A stretch of 64,000 nt of DNA from Euprymna scolopes. Its lineage: Eukaryota. Position numbers and translations under genes: made by a program. Below, one piece after another: positions 27,401 to 43,569 of the stretch (position 1 is the first letter of the stretch; every line of letters starts with the position of its first letter). The stretch lies in assembly GCA_053919585.1 (NCBI GenBank), contig CM132785.1, one strand, 5' to 3'. The notes below the pieces were generated by a model. That model was not told the origin of the DNA and ran no database searches. It saw nothing but the letters and a program-made list of their open reading frames with translations.

Positions 27401-29872
27401 TGAACCAATATTTTTTCATAAACTTAAAGTAGGTTATTTTTTATTTTATTGCTTTTCCATTTTTTTAAATTGTAATTCCTATCCGATGAATGTTGTTATT
27501 TTCTGTTTTCCAACGCTTTTAAGATTTACTCGGTGGCGCTCGCACCTTAAGGTAGTCGGAGCATGCACCGGAATTGACCTTAATAGATTCTTTTTTCTTT
27601 GGGGGTATTCAAGCACAAATTCTATAGTCAAAAATCAATAAATGTTGGTGATCTGAAGAATGATATCAACGATGCATCTCAAGAAATTATTACCTAGACA
27701 TACTTGTGCAAAAACATTTAACGGCATTTGTATTATGGTCCATAATAAAATTTGATTATCAATGTAATGATTGTGTTAGTAAATATAATTGTATGTATAC
27801 GTAATCTCAAAACAAATATTTTCATTTACTGTTCACTTATTTTTGGACCACCCTGTATATTCGAAGTTAGACGATTATAGATATACTAATTATTAAAGTT
27901 GACCTCAGTATTTATAAATATGTTTAATGTATATACAAAAGATTTCGATATATGTTTATTTTTATAAATGTATAACTATTTCAGTATAAACATATATTTG
28001 ATAAAAGTTCGTTATAAATATACCTCATTTTAACATACACAGTTATGCGTAGTGACAAAAATTGTCATGGAATTGTTTTAATCTAAACAAAAATTAAAAC
28101 AAATTTAAGTAAGTTATTATATACGCTGTAGAATGAATTGACTGAAATACTTTGGTGACAACAAAGCTAAAAGAATTTAGTTATTGAATGAAATTTACAA
28201 GCAAAATATATGTGATCAAATTTTCTATTTCAAAATGTTTTTTTAAAGATCAAGGAACAAATAAATATATATGCATCTAACCTCCTCGGCCTTCTCCCAT
28301 TTCTTCAAGCACATCGCGCGCTTGGCCTAAATGATCGCCGAGCTCCGGGTAATTGGCAACCTCGCATTCATCAATTACTTTTTCGAGTTTTACTCTATCA
28401 CGTTCCTTGATAGCTGTCTGCAATTGGCTTCGCAAGTCTTCGGGACATTTCAGGTCTGATGATAAGTGTAAATATTCCGAAGAAAATTTTGGGTTAGAAT
28501 ACACAAAAGGAAAAAACGATTTTAATAGATTTTGTGTATGAGTGATTATGTATAAAAGCGAATATGTATAAAAGGCTAATACAACAAATGGGGAGGTAAT
28601 ACATGTGTGTGTAAAACAGTGTTAAAAAAATTACCCATGGACTGGCAGAGAATGTTAGAAAATATCTATTGTACAAGACCAATAACATTAGTTAAAGAGT
28701 GTAATATTTTTTTAGTTTGATATATGTATGCGTGTGTGTTTGTGTGCGTGTGTGTGTATGAATATATATCAAACACCACCGATTGAATAAATCATTTGTT
28801 TGTATAACTTTGTTAAATACAAAAATATTAGTTATATCTAGTTGTAATTGTATAATTTCATATGTGCATGCGAGTATTTTTCTCATCGTGTTCAGTTCAT
28901 TTCCGAAAATGCTTTAAAAATGTAAAAAAGATCTTAACCTCCAATGCCTCCGTTTAATTTATGAAGAATGTTCCGGGATTGCTGAATTTCAAAATCAAGT
29001 TCTGGTAATCCTGCCGCTATGCATTCGTTAATTGTGCTTTCCAAAACCGATTTGTCTTTCCTTTCCATAGCTTTAATCAGCTTGTTGAGAAGAGAATTAA
29101 CATCCTTTTTCCCTGGGAGCCAGAAAAGAAATTCTTAATAAATGCAAAATGCAAAACATTTCTATATACGAATTAAAATTAACTAGTACTTACATAACTG
29201 CCAATTATTAAGTAACCTCTCTGTAGGCTTAATTTGTGAGTTTGTGTGTGTGTCAATGATGTGAATACATATTATTTAGTGCATATATGAAAATGCTCAT
29301 TCATAGATGTTTAAGTGTATGCTTATAGATTAGTTAATATAGTTTGACATATTTTAAAAAGCGAATATTTAGATATACGTATGAATATATCTGTATATTC
29401 TGTGTTACAGGTATATAGAGTAGTTAATTTATAAGTGTCACTAGATAGCTGCCATATATATATGTAAAAGAGATTTAGAAGGCTGTAACAATGCGAGGAA
29501 TGAATTATAGTCGCTGTTGGTAAGAGGAGACGAGAACAAGTGGCGATTTACAAATCAATAAGTACATGCTTTGAATCGACCTGTTACGCACACCATTTGA
29601 AAAGGGAAAATTTTTCCGAAATTAATAATGGAATACGTCGCATGAATACAAGTAAGACATTTTACCATACAACTGAATAAATATATATATAAAAAAATAA
29701 AAAATAATAAATATATATATATATATATGTACCTATTGATTTGTAAATCGCCACTTGTTCTCGTCTCCTCTTACCAACAGCGACTATAATTCATTCCTCG
29801 CATTGTGACAGCCTTCTAAATCTCTTTTACATACCTATCCCACACAATGCTTCAAGCAAACTACATATCAAT

Positions 29873-29923
<51 letters not shown>

Positions 29924-32276
29924 CGTCTTATCAACAATTTATTGTAGTTTCACGGTACACCCCGACATCAAACCTGTATTGATAAAATAATTGCGATCTA
30001 TATGCATTTGGATATCTATTCGTGTATTTAAAAACGCATGTAATCGTTTGATTCTCTTCAAATGTATAATTACCACATATTCTTTATTCATATACTTTGG
30101 CGGTCAGCTGTCCTGGAAAATTATAAGGAAGTAAAGTAATACTTAGCTCTGGAATTGCAGTTCTCAAGTATCATCTATCATTAGAAGTATCTGTGAGTAA
30201 GATTAATCCGAATCGAAGCAACTTTTAATGATCGGTGATACTGTGAAACTGCAAAGACGGGTTAATCTAAGTACATTTTACTATCACTTATAATTTATCA
30301 ATATATTTGTGTTAAGTTAAACATACAACGGCGATATTCTAATCAGCCACCAACAAGTGGCGATAACACAGTTGATATAGTTGAAACGTTACTGTTAACT
30401 GTGGTGGCAAAGCAGTTTGTTCTATCGGAAAATTAATAATAAAAAAGCAACGTGCGTATATATTAGAAGTTTACAAAACACTTATCAAAATTCTAACCTC
30501 CTCGTCCACCTCCAAGACTTTCCAATGTGTCTCTAGCTAAACCCAACTGTTCACAGAGTTCAGGAAGTTCCGCTTCTTCACACTCCAGTATTGCTTTTTT
30601 CAGTTCAGATTTGTCTTTGAGTTTCACTGCAGTCGAGAGCTTTTCTTGAAGTAAATCCAAATGACTCGGTCCTGGTAATCAAAAGTCGATTTATATCGTA
30701 AAGTCGATTTATATTTGTATTTGAAACGATACGCATGAACCCAAAATTGAATATATAAGTAGATTAAAAATGGATACATATTTTTTAGACAAAGTAGTTT
30801 TTATATTGCAACAATATGAATTTCTCTTTTTCGGTGTAGGAGATTTGGTACACATTCTTCAATCTCACCAATACATATTTCCGTATAGTTTCTTTAGAAA
30901 CAAAGTAAATCTATTATACTGATGTTTCTAGTTGGTTTACTGATGTCCTGCCTTATTTTTTTTTCATATTAAGAAATACTATTTACTATTCAATATATTC
31001 TTACTGCGATTATTTTTAAATAGTCAAATATGCACACGCATATAAGATGAATACTATTGAAATAATAATTCAATGTAACAGAAAATGAAAAGGAAAGGTA
31101 AACCGAAAAGCGTGTATGTGTTCATTAACGTTTTGTCTTTGTTTCAAGACTTTCTCTAGGTGACACACGCACAAATTTAAGTTAGTATATAGGATAGTGG
31201 ATAAACATAAAACATACTAATTAAAAATTCATATAGAAACCTTTATAAATGTAACCGGTATATTGATGACTTCAAACGAAAATTGAGAAAAAATGGTTAT
31301 TGTTAATAACCGCACCTTTGTCGGTTTCAGGAAGAGTTTTTAATAGGTCTCTGGCTTTCTGAATTTGATTGTCAAGTTCCGGAAAACCTGACGCCGCGCT
31401 TTCCTTTATAGCTTTTTCTAAACTTCCTCTGTCTTTTTGTCGGCTGGCCTTCATTAACTGACCGAGCAAAGAGTCAGGTGTTTTTGACCCTGACAATTAA
31501 AAAACAAAACAAAACAATAAATCAGTTCACTCAGAACTAATAGAATTATATAGATGATATTTACATTTATAATTTCCTATAATCTGCAATTTTACAACAT
31601 AAGAATTGTAGAAATGCTATAATCCTTAATAATGATAGAATATTTTAAGCCAATATACACATATATATATATTTATCCATATAATACCTAACAGCTTAAA
31701 ATAATCAGAAATAAAAAAAACAATTATATATACCAATTAAATTGATTATTTAGGCTAAAATACAAATAGTTGAGTTTCTCTATTCGGACAAATACTGAAC
31801 ATATATAGTATATGGATAAAAAAGAATTATTAGATGCGTGCTGACCTCCTCTGCCGCCACCAAGAGCCAATAAAACATCCCGAGCTTTTCGGAGCTCAGT
31901 GGATAATTCTGGGTAGTTTACGGTCTCGCATTCTCGAATGACTTTTTCTAAAGTTTCCGTTTCTTTTTTGTCAATTGCTTCTTTCAACTGATTACGGAGA
32001 ACATCAGGGGGTTTGATATCTAATCATGGATACAAAATATAGACAACAATATTTAGACACGAATCATATTCTGCATTGAAACATTTTTTGTACAAACATA
32101 CAATATAACTATTAACGAGTTATGAATTTTTTTGGTTATGTTCAAATAAAAAAGCTGAGTAACAACCAGAATTTGAACATATCACAAACTAGAAAAATAG
32201 GGCATTTTCAATTACTTAATGATAATCATAATCAGTATTTGATTACTACTACTGCTACTACTACTACTACTACTAC

Positions 32277-32315
<39 letters not shown>

Positions 32316-34193
32316 TAGTAGCAGTAGTAAATGAATATGTTAGTGCTAATAAATACAGAAAATTACTATGAGTTAATAATTATATAAATTATATATAATT
32401 ATAAAATATGCATTAAATCAATTTAAATATCTATCTAAATTTAATTGTTACAGCCTTTCTGACATTAACTCTTCCTTATTTTTAAGTTTATTATAATTTT
32501 TTAGGAATCTTCCGTGAATTGTGAAACAACCCCCAGAAATTAATTATGCTGATTTTGTTATTTATACGAAGGAATAATCGATTCAGAAATATCTTTTAGT
32601 CTGACTACAACTAAAGTTTAAATTAGTTTCAAATTCACGGTGAAAAGTTACGAATACAAAATTCAAGTGGAGAAAGATAGGTAATGCAACAATCAAAATG
32701 CTATTACTAAAACAAAACAAAGACGGCGATTATATTATGAAATACACCGATTCTTCACTTTTTAGCTACAAATAAACATAAACATAATCTGATATTTAGT
32801 ACACTATATTTTCGTTCTTTGCAACCATCGTTTGTTTGAAATAATTTCAACAAAAAGAAACATAAAAGAAAATAATTTTTAAAAAGATTGTTTTCTGCCA
32901 TCGCTTTCTAACCTCCTGTGCCGCCGTTAAGTACATTTAAGACTTCCCGGGCTTTTTGTATTTCAAAATCCAATTCGGGCATCCCAGCAGCCACACACTC
33001 ATTAATCACTCGTTCCAAGGAAATTTTATTCTGACTGTCGACTGCTTTCTGCAATTTGGTTAAAAGATCTTCAGCTTTCTTCGTACCTAATGACCAAAGG
33101 AGTGGAATTTGTTATATATTAACAAGAATCAATCCATAAAAAGTATATTTACAACAGGACAAACCTAAAATATAGTGGATTATTTCATGAAATAATTAAT
33201 ATATTTTTACTTTAACTCATTTAAAAAAATACACACTTTTACTGTTATTATTTATTTACTATTTAATCATGTATTATTACAAATCTGCTTGAACACTATT
33301 ATTCAACCAATTATTTGAACACCTTGGAAATAAAATAAATCTGTTTGTGATGTATACTAAGTATTTTTCTTTTTTCAATTCCCCATAACTTTAATTTTCT
33401 ATTCATTTATTAATCAAGACGTGTTTGGAGCTGGAATTCTATTATAAAAATCAATTTTAATAAGACAAACAACGCTATTCTGCTTATAATATAAATCAAC
33501 TATTTTAAGCATCGACTAGTTTATATATCTAACAATGTTAGCATGGATCAAATTACTGAAAATTGTTATAAATATTATAATGACGCTAACCTCCACGACC
33601 TCCACCCAATTCGTCTAGTGTGTCTCTGGCTTTTCGAAGGTTCGGACTCAATTCTGGGTATTCTGCGGCTTCACACTCATCAATAACTTTCAGCAGCTGA
33701 TCCTTGTCTTTGTGTCTTATAGCCGCGTTAATTTTATCTCGTAAACTAATCGTCGATTGAGACGCAGCATTAGAGTCTGACAATGATGAGATTGGAGAAA
33801 AATTCATTCATTTTTTATGTATTATGACAAAATAAAGATATTATAGCAGGGAAAATATATAAACCAAAATTATTTCAAAATAATACCAATAGCAATAACA
33901 TAATTTATTTAACCAAGTGTTACTGATATGAAAAGAAACCTTTATAATAGGTATTATATCACAGAATAGTAAGTGCGGTTCTGAACGAGAACATTAATAA
34001 TTTTGTAAAATAATTAATTCAAAATGTTTAATAAAGTACATCACTTTAAGAAAATGTTCTAAAAGTAATTGTAAATTAGTTTTCCGACTCTGATATTTAT
34101 TAAACAATACCAAATTATTTTTTAGAATATGAAAGTTACACAGCATATTTTACACATTGGTTTAGAGAATGCCGATTTAAAGAATACATCAAA

Positions 34194-34268
<75 letters not shown>

Positions 34269-34861
34269 TAGTAAAAGTACCCGTCGTTGACTGGGTTCAA
34301 AAACAGCCTATAGAAAATCGACTCTGATTTATGAAAGTATGATAGGTTATGAAAAGGAAGGGTTGTAAAGAGATAGCTTCGAATTTTGGGGTATCAAAAC
34401 CGAAGCAAAATAGGATGAAAGTAAAAATAAAATAGATAAACCCCATAATTTATTATACCATACCTGTTCACACTGAAACACTTATCACAATATTCTGTGT
34501 ATCTGTATAAAAAAATACCTTGTTAAGCTTTGTGACATATTTCCATTCTATGGAGGTTAGGTGCGAACGAATACCCATAATTTTATTATACCATATTTCT
34601 TCAAACTGAAACATAATTATCAAAGTATACTTACGCAGATAGATATGAAAAGTTTTTTTTATTAAAGTTTGTGCCTATTTCCATTCTATGGAGGCCATGC
34701 GCGAACGCAGACCCCACAATTTTAATGAATCACCGTTCTGCCAGATCAAACATACCCATTCCTGTGTCTCGATACATCTTCTATCATTATATGCAATCAG
34801 TTTTTTTTTAAATAGTCAACCATATAGGAGCCTATTCGTGACCAGACACACACACATACAG

Positions 34862-34895
<34 letters not shown>

Positions 34896-35376
34896 CAGGT
34901 TTGAGATGTTCAAAAGTAGGGACTAATAAATAACACGAGGTTGTTTGATAGTGCTCGCTAAGAAGAGCAAAGTATTTTTTTTATTATTTATTCGAGGGTA
35001 AATGTANNNNNNNNNNNNNNNNNNNNNNNNNNNNNNNNNNNNNNNNNNNNNNNNNNNNNNNNNNNNNNNNNNNNNNNNNNNNNNNNNNNNNNNNNNNNNN
35101 NNNNNNNNNNNNNNNNNNNNNNNNNNNNNNNNNNNNNNNNNNNNNNNNNNNNNNNNNNNNNNNNNNNNNNNNNNNNNNNNNNNNNNNNNNNNNNNNNNNN
35201 NNNNNNNNNNNNNNNNNNNNNNNNNNNNNNNNNNNGCTAAATACAGACCAATCAACATAATGATTAAAAAAAAATAAAAAATGAAAATAAAGGTTAGCTA
35301 ACCAGGTTTCGTACCTCGTTCAACAGAGCTAAATCGAGCAAAATACGATAAAAAATGTCATGAATATGGCAGGGGG

Positions 35377-35438
<62 letters not shown>

Positions 35439-38400
35439 TCCCCAAAATATCTGGTCTTGATGGAGGAGAGACCAAAACCTGCTGCCATGTTTTCAAATGA
35501 TCTGAAATAACAGCAAGAAGAGACTTAATGCCAAATATTTCTGATATGTTATATCTCCCCTCTTTTGGAAATATAATACGATTATAAATATCTCCAGTAT
35601 AAAAAAAACATTATGCACTGTGAAATTCATTTCATGTATTAAAAACAAAAGAAGAGATATTACATATGAAAAATATTTGGAATCAAGTCTTCCCTTGCTG
35701 ATATTTCAGATAATTTGAAGCAAATTTGGTCAGTGGTTTTGGAGAAATATTAGATATTGTTAATTCATATGAAAAACTAGTAAAAATATGACTATGACTG
35801 AAACATTTTATGGCTGTAAAATGGTACCAAAATAGGTTCTGGGTGATGGTTAATTCCTTTAATGTGCGAGCTTAAGGTCAAATATCATTACCTTTCCAAT
35901 TAGCTTTCATGTATTAAATTCTGATCAATAGTTGCTGAGATTTGGAACTTGTAAAATTACCCCCAAAAATAAAGGTATACCTACGGATATATCTATACTG
36001 GTAGCCAAATTGAATAATGAAATGCTCCTATCTTTGGTTCTATGGGACAAAACTACATGAAAATTTACAGGCTTTCTGAAGATTATAATGCTATTCTATG
36101 GTTAAAATATTATGACAATTGCTAGGAAAGAATGTATATTTTCAAACCAATAGAATATGCCCAAATCTGCCTACATTTGTGTATATAGTGTCCTGCAGAC
36201 CGGCGTCAGTTTTGCTGCTTCGATTGCCAGGCCACTAATATACGTATTAGGAACATATAAAATCTACATTCGGTTTAATAGCATATTCATATGACATTTT
36301 TCTCATATTAATAGAATAGCTTCACCTCATGGTAATAATATAGGTTATACTTGATTCTGTCTTTAAAAATAAATATACTATTTAACAAAAAACCAACCTG
36401 GTCGTTCATCAGGAAGAGAAGTGAGAGATTTTCGTGCTGCTTTGATATACTGGTCTAGTTGTGGCAAACCAGTGGCGACACAACGATCAAGAACTTTTTC
36501 CAACTTTGGTTTCTGTCTCTGAGCAATTGCCCTTCGAAGTTCCTCGATTAATGGATCTGGTTTTTTAGTTTCTAAGAATCAAAAAATTCTAATTGAGTAT
36601 TTTGAGAGTAGACTATTGACATGACTCTAACAAACTTGAACTTATCAAGCATTAACTTTTAAATATACACAGGAAAATCTTTCAGGCTTATATTAAAATG
36701 CTTATAGATTGTTTGGAATTTTTCATATTGATATTCCTACCTTAATGATACACAAGATCATTCAGATGGAGAAATGAAACAAATATAGCATTACTCATGT
36801 CCATAGTAAAAAATCTTACTAGGCTTCAACATTAGCAATTGTGTTAGAACAATTAGAGCATGAATATATTACGATCTTATTTATTAGTTAAGTTCTATCA
36901 GTTGTCCGATTATAGAATTTAAGTATATAAATGTAGTAAACATAATGGATTTTAAAATCCAAATAAATACATATTTCTTTTTATGTAAAGCATGATAAGC
37001 TTTGTGACATGATTATCAGTGTAAGCGGTTTCTGAGTCGTTATTACAAGGTGATCGAACTCCGTTTCCATATGTTATGTTTCGATAAGTAGAAATAATTA
37101 TATAAAACAGAAACAATACTATGGACATGAGTAATGCTATATTTGTTTTCATTTCTCCATCTGAATGATCTTGTGTATCATTAAGATAGGAATATCAATA
37201 TTGGAACAACAAGATATCTTATAAGATAACAATATAGTTTTGAATACATTCTAGTGTATTGAACTTCAGTACATAATTTAAAGCAGATTATATTTTGTAT
37301 TCTGAATATACAATGTAACTGATCAATTAAAATTGAAATAGAATTCAGAACATAAAATGAACGTACACCAATCAAAACAAAAAACAAAAACATTTCTGAC
37401 CTCCTTGAATTCCAGTCAAACTGGAAAGCTTCTCCCTAGCAACGCGAAGTTGTGCTGCTAATTCGGGATAGCTTGCTGTTTCACATTCTTCAATTGCCTT
37501 CTTTAGATGATCGATGTTGTTATCCTGGATTGATCTCTTCAATTGTTCGCTTAATAATTTGGCAGGAATTATTTCTGCGAACCAGATAATGATTCATTGG
37601 AAATTTAACAATTATTAAATATATTCGCAATAAGTTAACATTCATTTTACTACATATGAATTAAAGCATATACATCTATACACATTCGTAAAATATTTCA
37701 TATTTTTAAGAGCATTGGAATGCTTATTAATTACACACACATTTATATAATGTTTTCTTAAAATAAAATAACTTGTTACATTTGCATATGGTATCATAAT
37801 ATATAGAAATACATACACACACGCGCGGAACTTCCGAGATTGTCTTTCAAAACAATATTATTAAAATCTATCCGAAAAGAGCCATCACGGTTTGGATTTA
37901 TAGAGAATTAGTTTTTTATTATCCTTGAAGAATCCCAAAGAGATTGCATAATTTGCAAATTAACCCATAGCATTTTCACATTGCAGACGAATCGATTATA
38001 CGTAAGTAGAGAAAAAAATGCTATAAACTGTAAGTATATAATTGACTATGTAACTATGAAATACATCTAAAAGCAGACCAGAAAATTAAAAATTCAATGG
38101 ACATTCAGTTTATAATTTAGTAAACTAGACACTAATTCGACTCAATTGTCACGTGGCAATTTAAGTGTAACTGTCCTGAAGCTAAACACGAAATATAAGA
38201 TCTTTATTTAAAATGATTACTTGAACCTGATCTATTTAATTAATATAGGGATACGTTTAATGTATGGAACAATATTACTAATATTAATTTAATGTCGACA
38301 AATTGAACACATAAAATATGCTGACCTCCGGTTCCTCCCTGGAGAAGGTTGAGCGTTTTTCGGGCTTCGTGGATATCATCGGCTAATTCTGGTAGACCAG

Positions 38401-38877
38401 CAGAAACTGCTTCCCTGATTGTCTTCTCCAAAATAAGTTTGTCTTTTTTATCCACTGCCTTTTTCAAATTTTTGCCCAAGCTGGTTACCGATTTTGTGCC
38501 TAGTATTTCGAAGTACAAATAAAAACCATTTTTGTTTTTATATTGAAAAGTATTTTATATTGAAAATATTTTGACGTTTACATTTTTCGTATTCTACAGC
38601 TGTGATGAAGACTTTGCAACATCTTAGAGATATATTGAGAAATAGGTTAAATACTTTATCAAAAGATACGCAGACAAGAATTTGTAAAATATTAATAAAG
38701 ACATTTAAAATAAAAAAAATTAATTTTAATTGGATTGATAAAATATGAGATATATATGTTTATAAGTATTTCAAAATGAAAGAATGTTATATATATATAA
38801 TCTATTATCCATTTACTTATGAGGGTTGTGTAAAAATGGATTCTAAGATGGGAATTTTTCTATATTATCACTAATAT

Positions 38878-38949
<72 letters not shown>

Positions 38950-39924
38950 CGACAGAAAAGGATTATATTAATATACTAAAATAAACCTATCCATAATTAG
39001 ATAAAAATATATTTACAGATTGTATAAATATATGACAAATTTTAAATCTTAAAATTCTATAAGAATCTCTTAATTAGCTAAACGTAGTTCTGTATAAAAC
39101 CATACAAAAATGTAATCCGGATTTAAAAGCTTAATTAAAATCAACTTTTCAATCATAAACACACCATGTAGAAATGTTAGCTAAATAAACAAAAAAATTC
39201 TGGATAATGCCTGACCTCCACGAACTCCACTCAAATGTTCTAGAGTATCTCTGGCCCTTTGTAGATCATCTACCAATTCAGGATATCCAGCTTCTTCACA
39301 TTCTTCAATAATTTTCTCAAGGCTGACTCTTGACTTTAATCCGATGGCGCGTTTGATTTTATATCGTAAATGCATCGGATCCTTGGCACCTAACCAGCAA
39401 AAAGGTTGACATTTATTTATGAAATCAGTATTTTATGTATCTATTAATATATATATTTTCTGATCTTATTTATATGTGAATCCGTTCTGTTAAAATTACA
39501 AGTACTGACAAATAAAAGTATAAGATAAGAAAACATTTTATATAACTATAAATTGTATTTCTCTTTATACAATTAGCTATTTGTTACAGAACGAAAATCA
39601 TTATTTGAATTAAAACGTTTTACTAACACCTAGGGACCAGAGGTAACCCCAGAATGGAAATTGACGAAATCAAGTGAATTAAAGACAAAGATCAATCTGG
39701 CTGCTCTTGGTGAGGAGTGAAGCAAAGAAGATATGTAAAAGGCGCCATATCGAATGGGGCCGTGCAATGCAGATATTTGTAGCGAAGCAAGCTAACTCTC
39801 TAACTTTCTATCCGTCTATTTATTTATTTGTCTCTCCTTCTTTTTTTCATGTACACGGTTATAACCCATAATTTAAAAATAACTCGTAATCTTTCTGTCT
39901 AACTACCCCCGCTCTCTCTCTATA

Positions 39925-39976
<52 letters not shown>

Positions 39977-41245
39977 TTTCCCGTGATTATTCTCTTCTGG
40001 TAAAATAAAACTTTCTTATGAATTCGGTGTACGAATAGTTTTGTATTCACAGATCAGTAACAATCTAGATCCCCTACGACGACACGAGAACGATACTTGT
40101 CTTTTTACGCTTTCATTTTAACACACAGGAGGTTAAACATTCATACACACATTTCGATAAGTGAAAGTGGAACATTTGCATAATACTCTTCAAGATTAGC
40201 TCTATCTCAATAGTTGGCTGTTGCTATTTTATCTCAGCAACGATAAACAATTATCACTTTTTGTATCGTACTTCAAATAAGCTGCGTTTATACTATACAG
40301 TGAATTAACTCCCTTAATCTTACGTACTATTTATACACATATATGTTGAAACAAAAACATAGTATATTATTAGGGGTTTATTAATACCGAAAAGTTTCTA
40401 TGTCTACCGTTTTATTATTTTGTTGTTTGATTATTAAAAAAATAAAGTATATAGGTACTTTTCGATCAACCCATATATAATAGTATTTCTATTCTATACC
40501 CACCTGCATTAATTCAGTGCTCGATTTTTAATTGGTAACTTGTGGTAGAAATTGCTCAATTATTCTTATTTTATTAAAGGAAATGTTATATCGCATAGTA
40601 GATCTTAACCGATTTTTATTTAATATTTAAACCAGAAACAAATTTTTATTTATAGAAATAGAGACATATTAATAAACGATTCCAAAATGACATATTATCT
40701 TTAATTATTAATTTTAAACATTAACGTGTTTTCATTTTACGTTCAGCTTAAGAACGATACTAGTCTTTTTACGCTTTCATTTTAACACACAGGAGGTTAA
40801 ACATGCTAGGATAGAAATAAGAACAGTGCCAACCTTGACTTTCTCTCTCGAGTTGTTTAAGTGCATCCCTGGCTCGCTGAACATCAGAATCCAATTCTGA
40901 AAACCCGGCTGCAACACACTCACTGATTACTCTTTCAATAGCATCTTTATCTTTGCGTCTGATTGACCGGTTCAGTTTGCCAAGAAGAGTCGACGGAGTC
41001 TTCGATCCTAACGACCAAGATATATTTTTATAAAATCAAAGCAACCATTTTTAGAGTCTTTAAATTTAATTATTATTGTAAAAGATTTATTTATTTATTT
41101 ACATATAAATGGTGAAGCGATTACTAATTTAGACATCATTTCTAGCTTTTTTGTTATGTGAATTATTGTCTAGTCTTCTAGTGATACACAAAATTAACAA
41201 TGGGGGAGTACGAATTAAATATGGGAAACTCATGTAATATTAACA

Positions 41246-41288
<43 letters not shown>

Positions 41289-41590
41289 TACTTAGGCAAA
41301 TGAAAGATTTTTAGGAATAAAAATTGTAATTTATTGAAATTACTGATCCCTAGGAATTCTTTGAGTTTAATTTCCCGTAAGACACGTGGAAATTGTACAG
41401 TTGCTTACTATCGTTTTTCTTTCTTCTTACAAAATACGTTTCACCTCTAAAGTTCTTTAATAACTAAAATGAAGGCTTAAACGTTTTAATGTATGCATCT
41501 ATTATTGAAAATAATTTTGCAAGTCTTTATTTTTTAAAATAATCATCAGCTAAATATCATTTATATAAACAAAAAGGTTTAAATATTTAA

Positions 41591-41657
<67 letters not shown>

Positions 41658-43524
41658 CATGAATGTATATTTATACGTATTAAGCTACACAGCAACGTTT
41701 ATCTTTCATTGCCGTGGTAAATAATGACACTTATATATACATATATATAACCATACATAACTATACACATATACATATATATACATATATATTGTTTTGA
41801 TTTATTATTGAATGTGTATTATATGTTTGTGTATAGGGTGCTTATGAATGTCATACTTCGTATTGTAAATATCAAAAGTCTCTCTGGCTACGGTTTCAAA
41901 GCGTACGGTTACTACTAAATGCAAATTAATAGTAATCAGATTATAGTTGATTAAATATCAACCCCAAAACCCATAAAGTAATATTATATAATATTTGCTA
42001 TTTACAAAGAAAAACAGCATTTGGAAATATTGGAGAACATTAATTAAATGCACGGTAAATTAATGAAATATAATGCATGCACCTTACTGCGTCTAACGGT
42101 AATTATGGACGCTTTTATTACATAAGGTCAATTTAGGCATGAAAACTGATCAAAATTTCGAACAAAATATATAATAATGATTTTTTTAAAAAGAATCCTA
42201 ACCTCCACGTTCGCCATTTAGCGTCTCAATTGTATCTCTAGCTTTACTTAAGTCGTAACTCAATTCAGGGTAAGCAGCTTCCTCGCATTCTTTAACGGCT
42301 TTCTGCAAGACAGCGAGATCCCCCTCCTTTCTTGCTGACTTCAGTTTAATTCGCAGCTCCTCGGGTGATTTATATTCTGAGTGCAGAGTTGAAAATAAAA
42401 GAAAAGGGTGTGTAAAAAGTCAATTAGCGTTGATATACAGAAAACATTTTATGGATGAGATAATGCCTTACGTATAAGGAAAATAAATTACCCTACCTCT
42501 ATATACTGTAATAAATTATACTGAATGCCGTGGATTCAATTAAATTTATAAATTACTGACACATTAGATAATAGTATACACGATGGAATTTACGGTTAAA
42601 TTGACCTCACTTACATGTTGCTTTGTTTGAAACTACTTCAGTTGCAAAGAATTCACATGCGTCACAACATATTAGAGTTATTTGTTTTAGTAGAAAAAAT
42701 GCCAGTTTCTACTTCCAAACGAAAGAAATATGCTTAGTTTGGTATAACAAATGCTTTTCCTTATCAAATAAAGTTGATAAAATTACGTAGTTATAGTATT
42801 TTTATTTTTATTTTGGTAATATTCTCTATTCGAAATGTAATATATATTTATGAATCGTCCTGAAGTGTTAGTAGGAATATACGCATACATGCATAGTCTT
42901 TCTATATTATTTTGATTAATCAGACTATTATTCATATGTTAGTTTTTATATTGAAGATTTTTGTACGACAATAATAATTATTTATAATATTCTATTCTAT
43001 AATGGCAACTAGGTTTACCATAATTGATTCTTCAAGTAAATATTTCAAAATAGAGTTGTCTGCATTTTATGCTAGGTGATGATTTAAGATCTTTACATAA
43101 GTTGCTAAATATACATGGTTAATTTGGTATACATTTAATGAAATGCAAAGATTTGTCAAGTGCTAACCTTTTGTATCACCAGTTAGTGAACGCAGGGCTG
43201 CCCTAGCTTTTTTGATTTCTGAATCCAACTCGGGCATCCCTGCTGCTATACATTCATTAATTGCTTTTTGTAATGATGACTTGTCTTTTTCATTAATGTG
43301 TCTGTTCAAGCTGTCAACATAGCTTGATGCTGATCGAAATCCTAAAAATTGAAACCAAGATTTACTTCGTTAATAGCATTATCATATAAGTATAACTATA
43401 CTGATATCAATAGACATTCTAATTAACTAAAATAATATGTGCAAAACATATCGCTTGACTTGTTATTAACATGCCATATCTTAAGAAGAATATAATGACT
43501 AATAATAAAACTAGTCATAAAATC

Positions 43525-43569
<45 letters not shown>

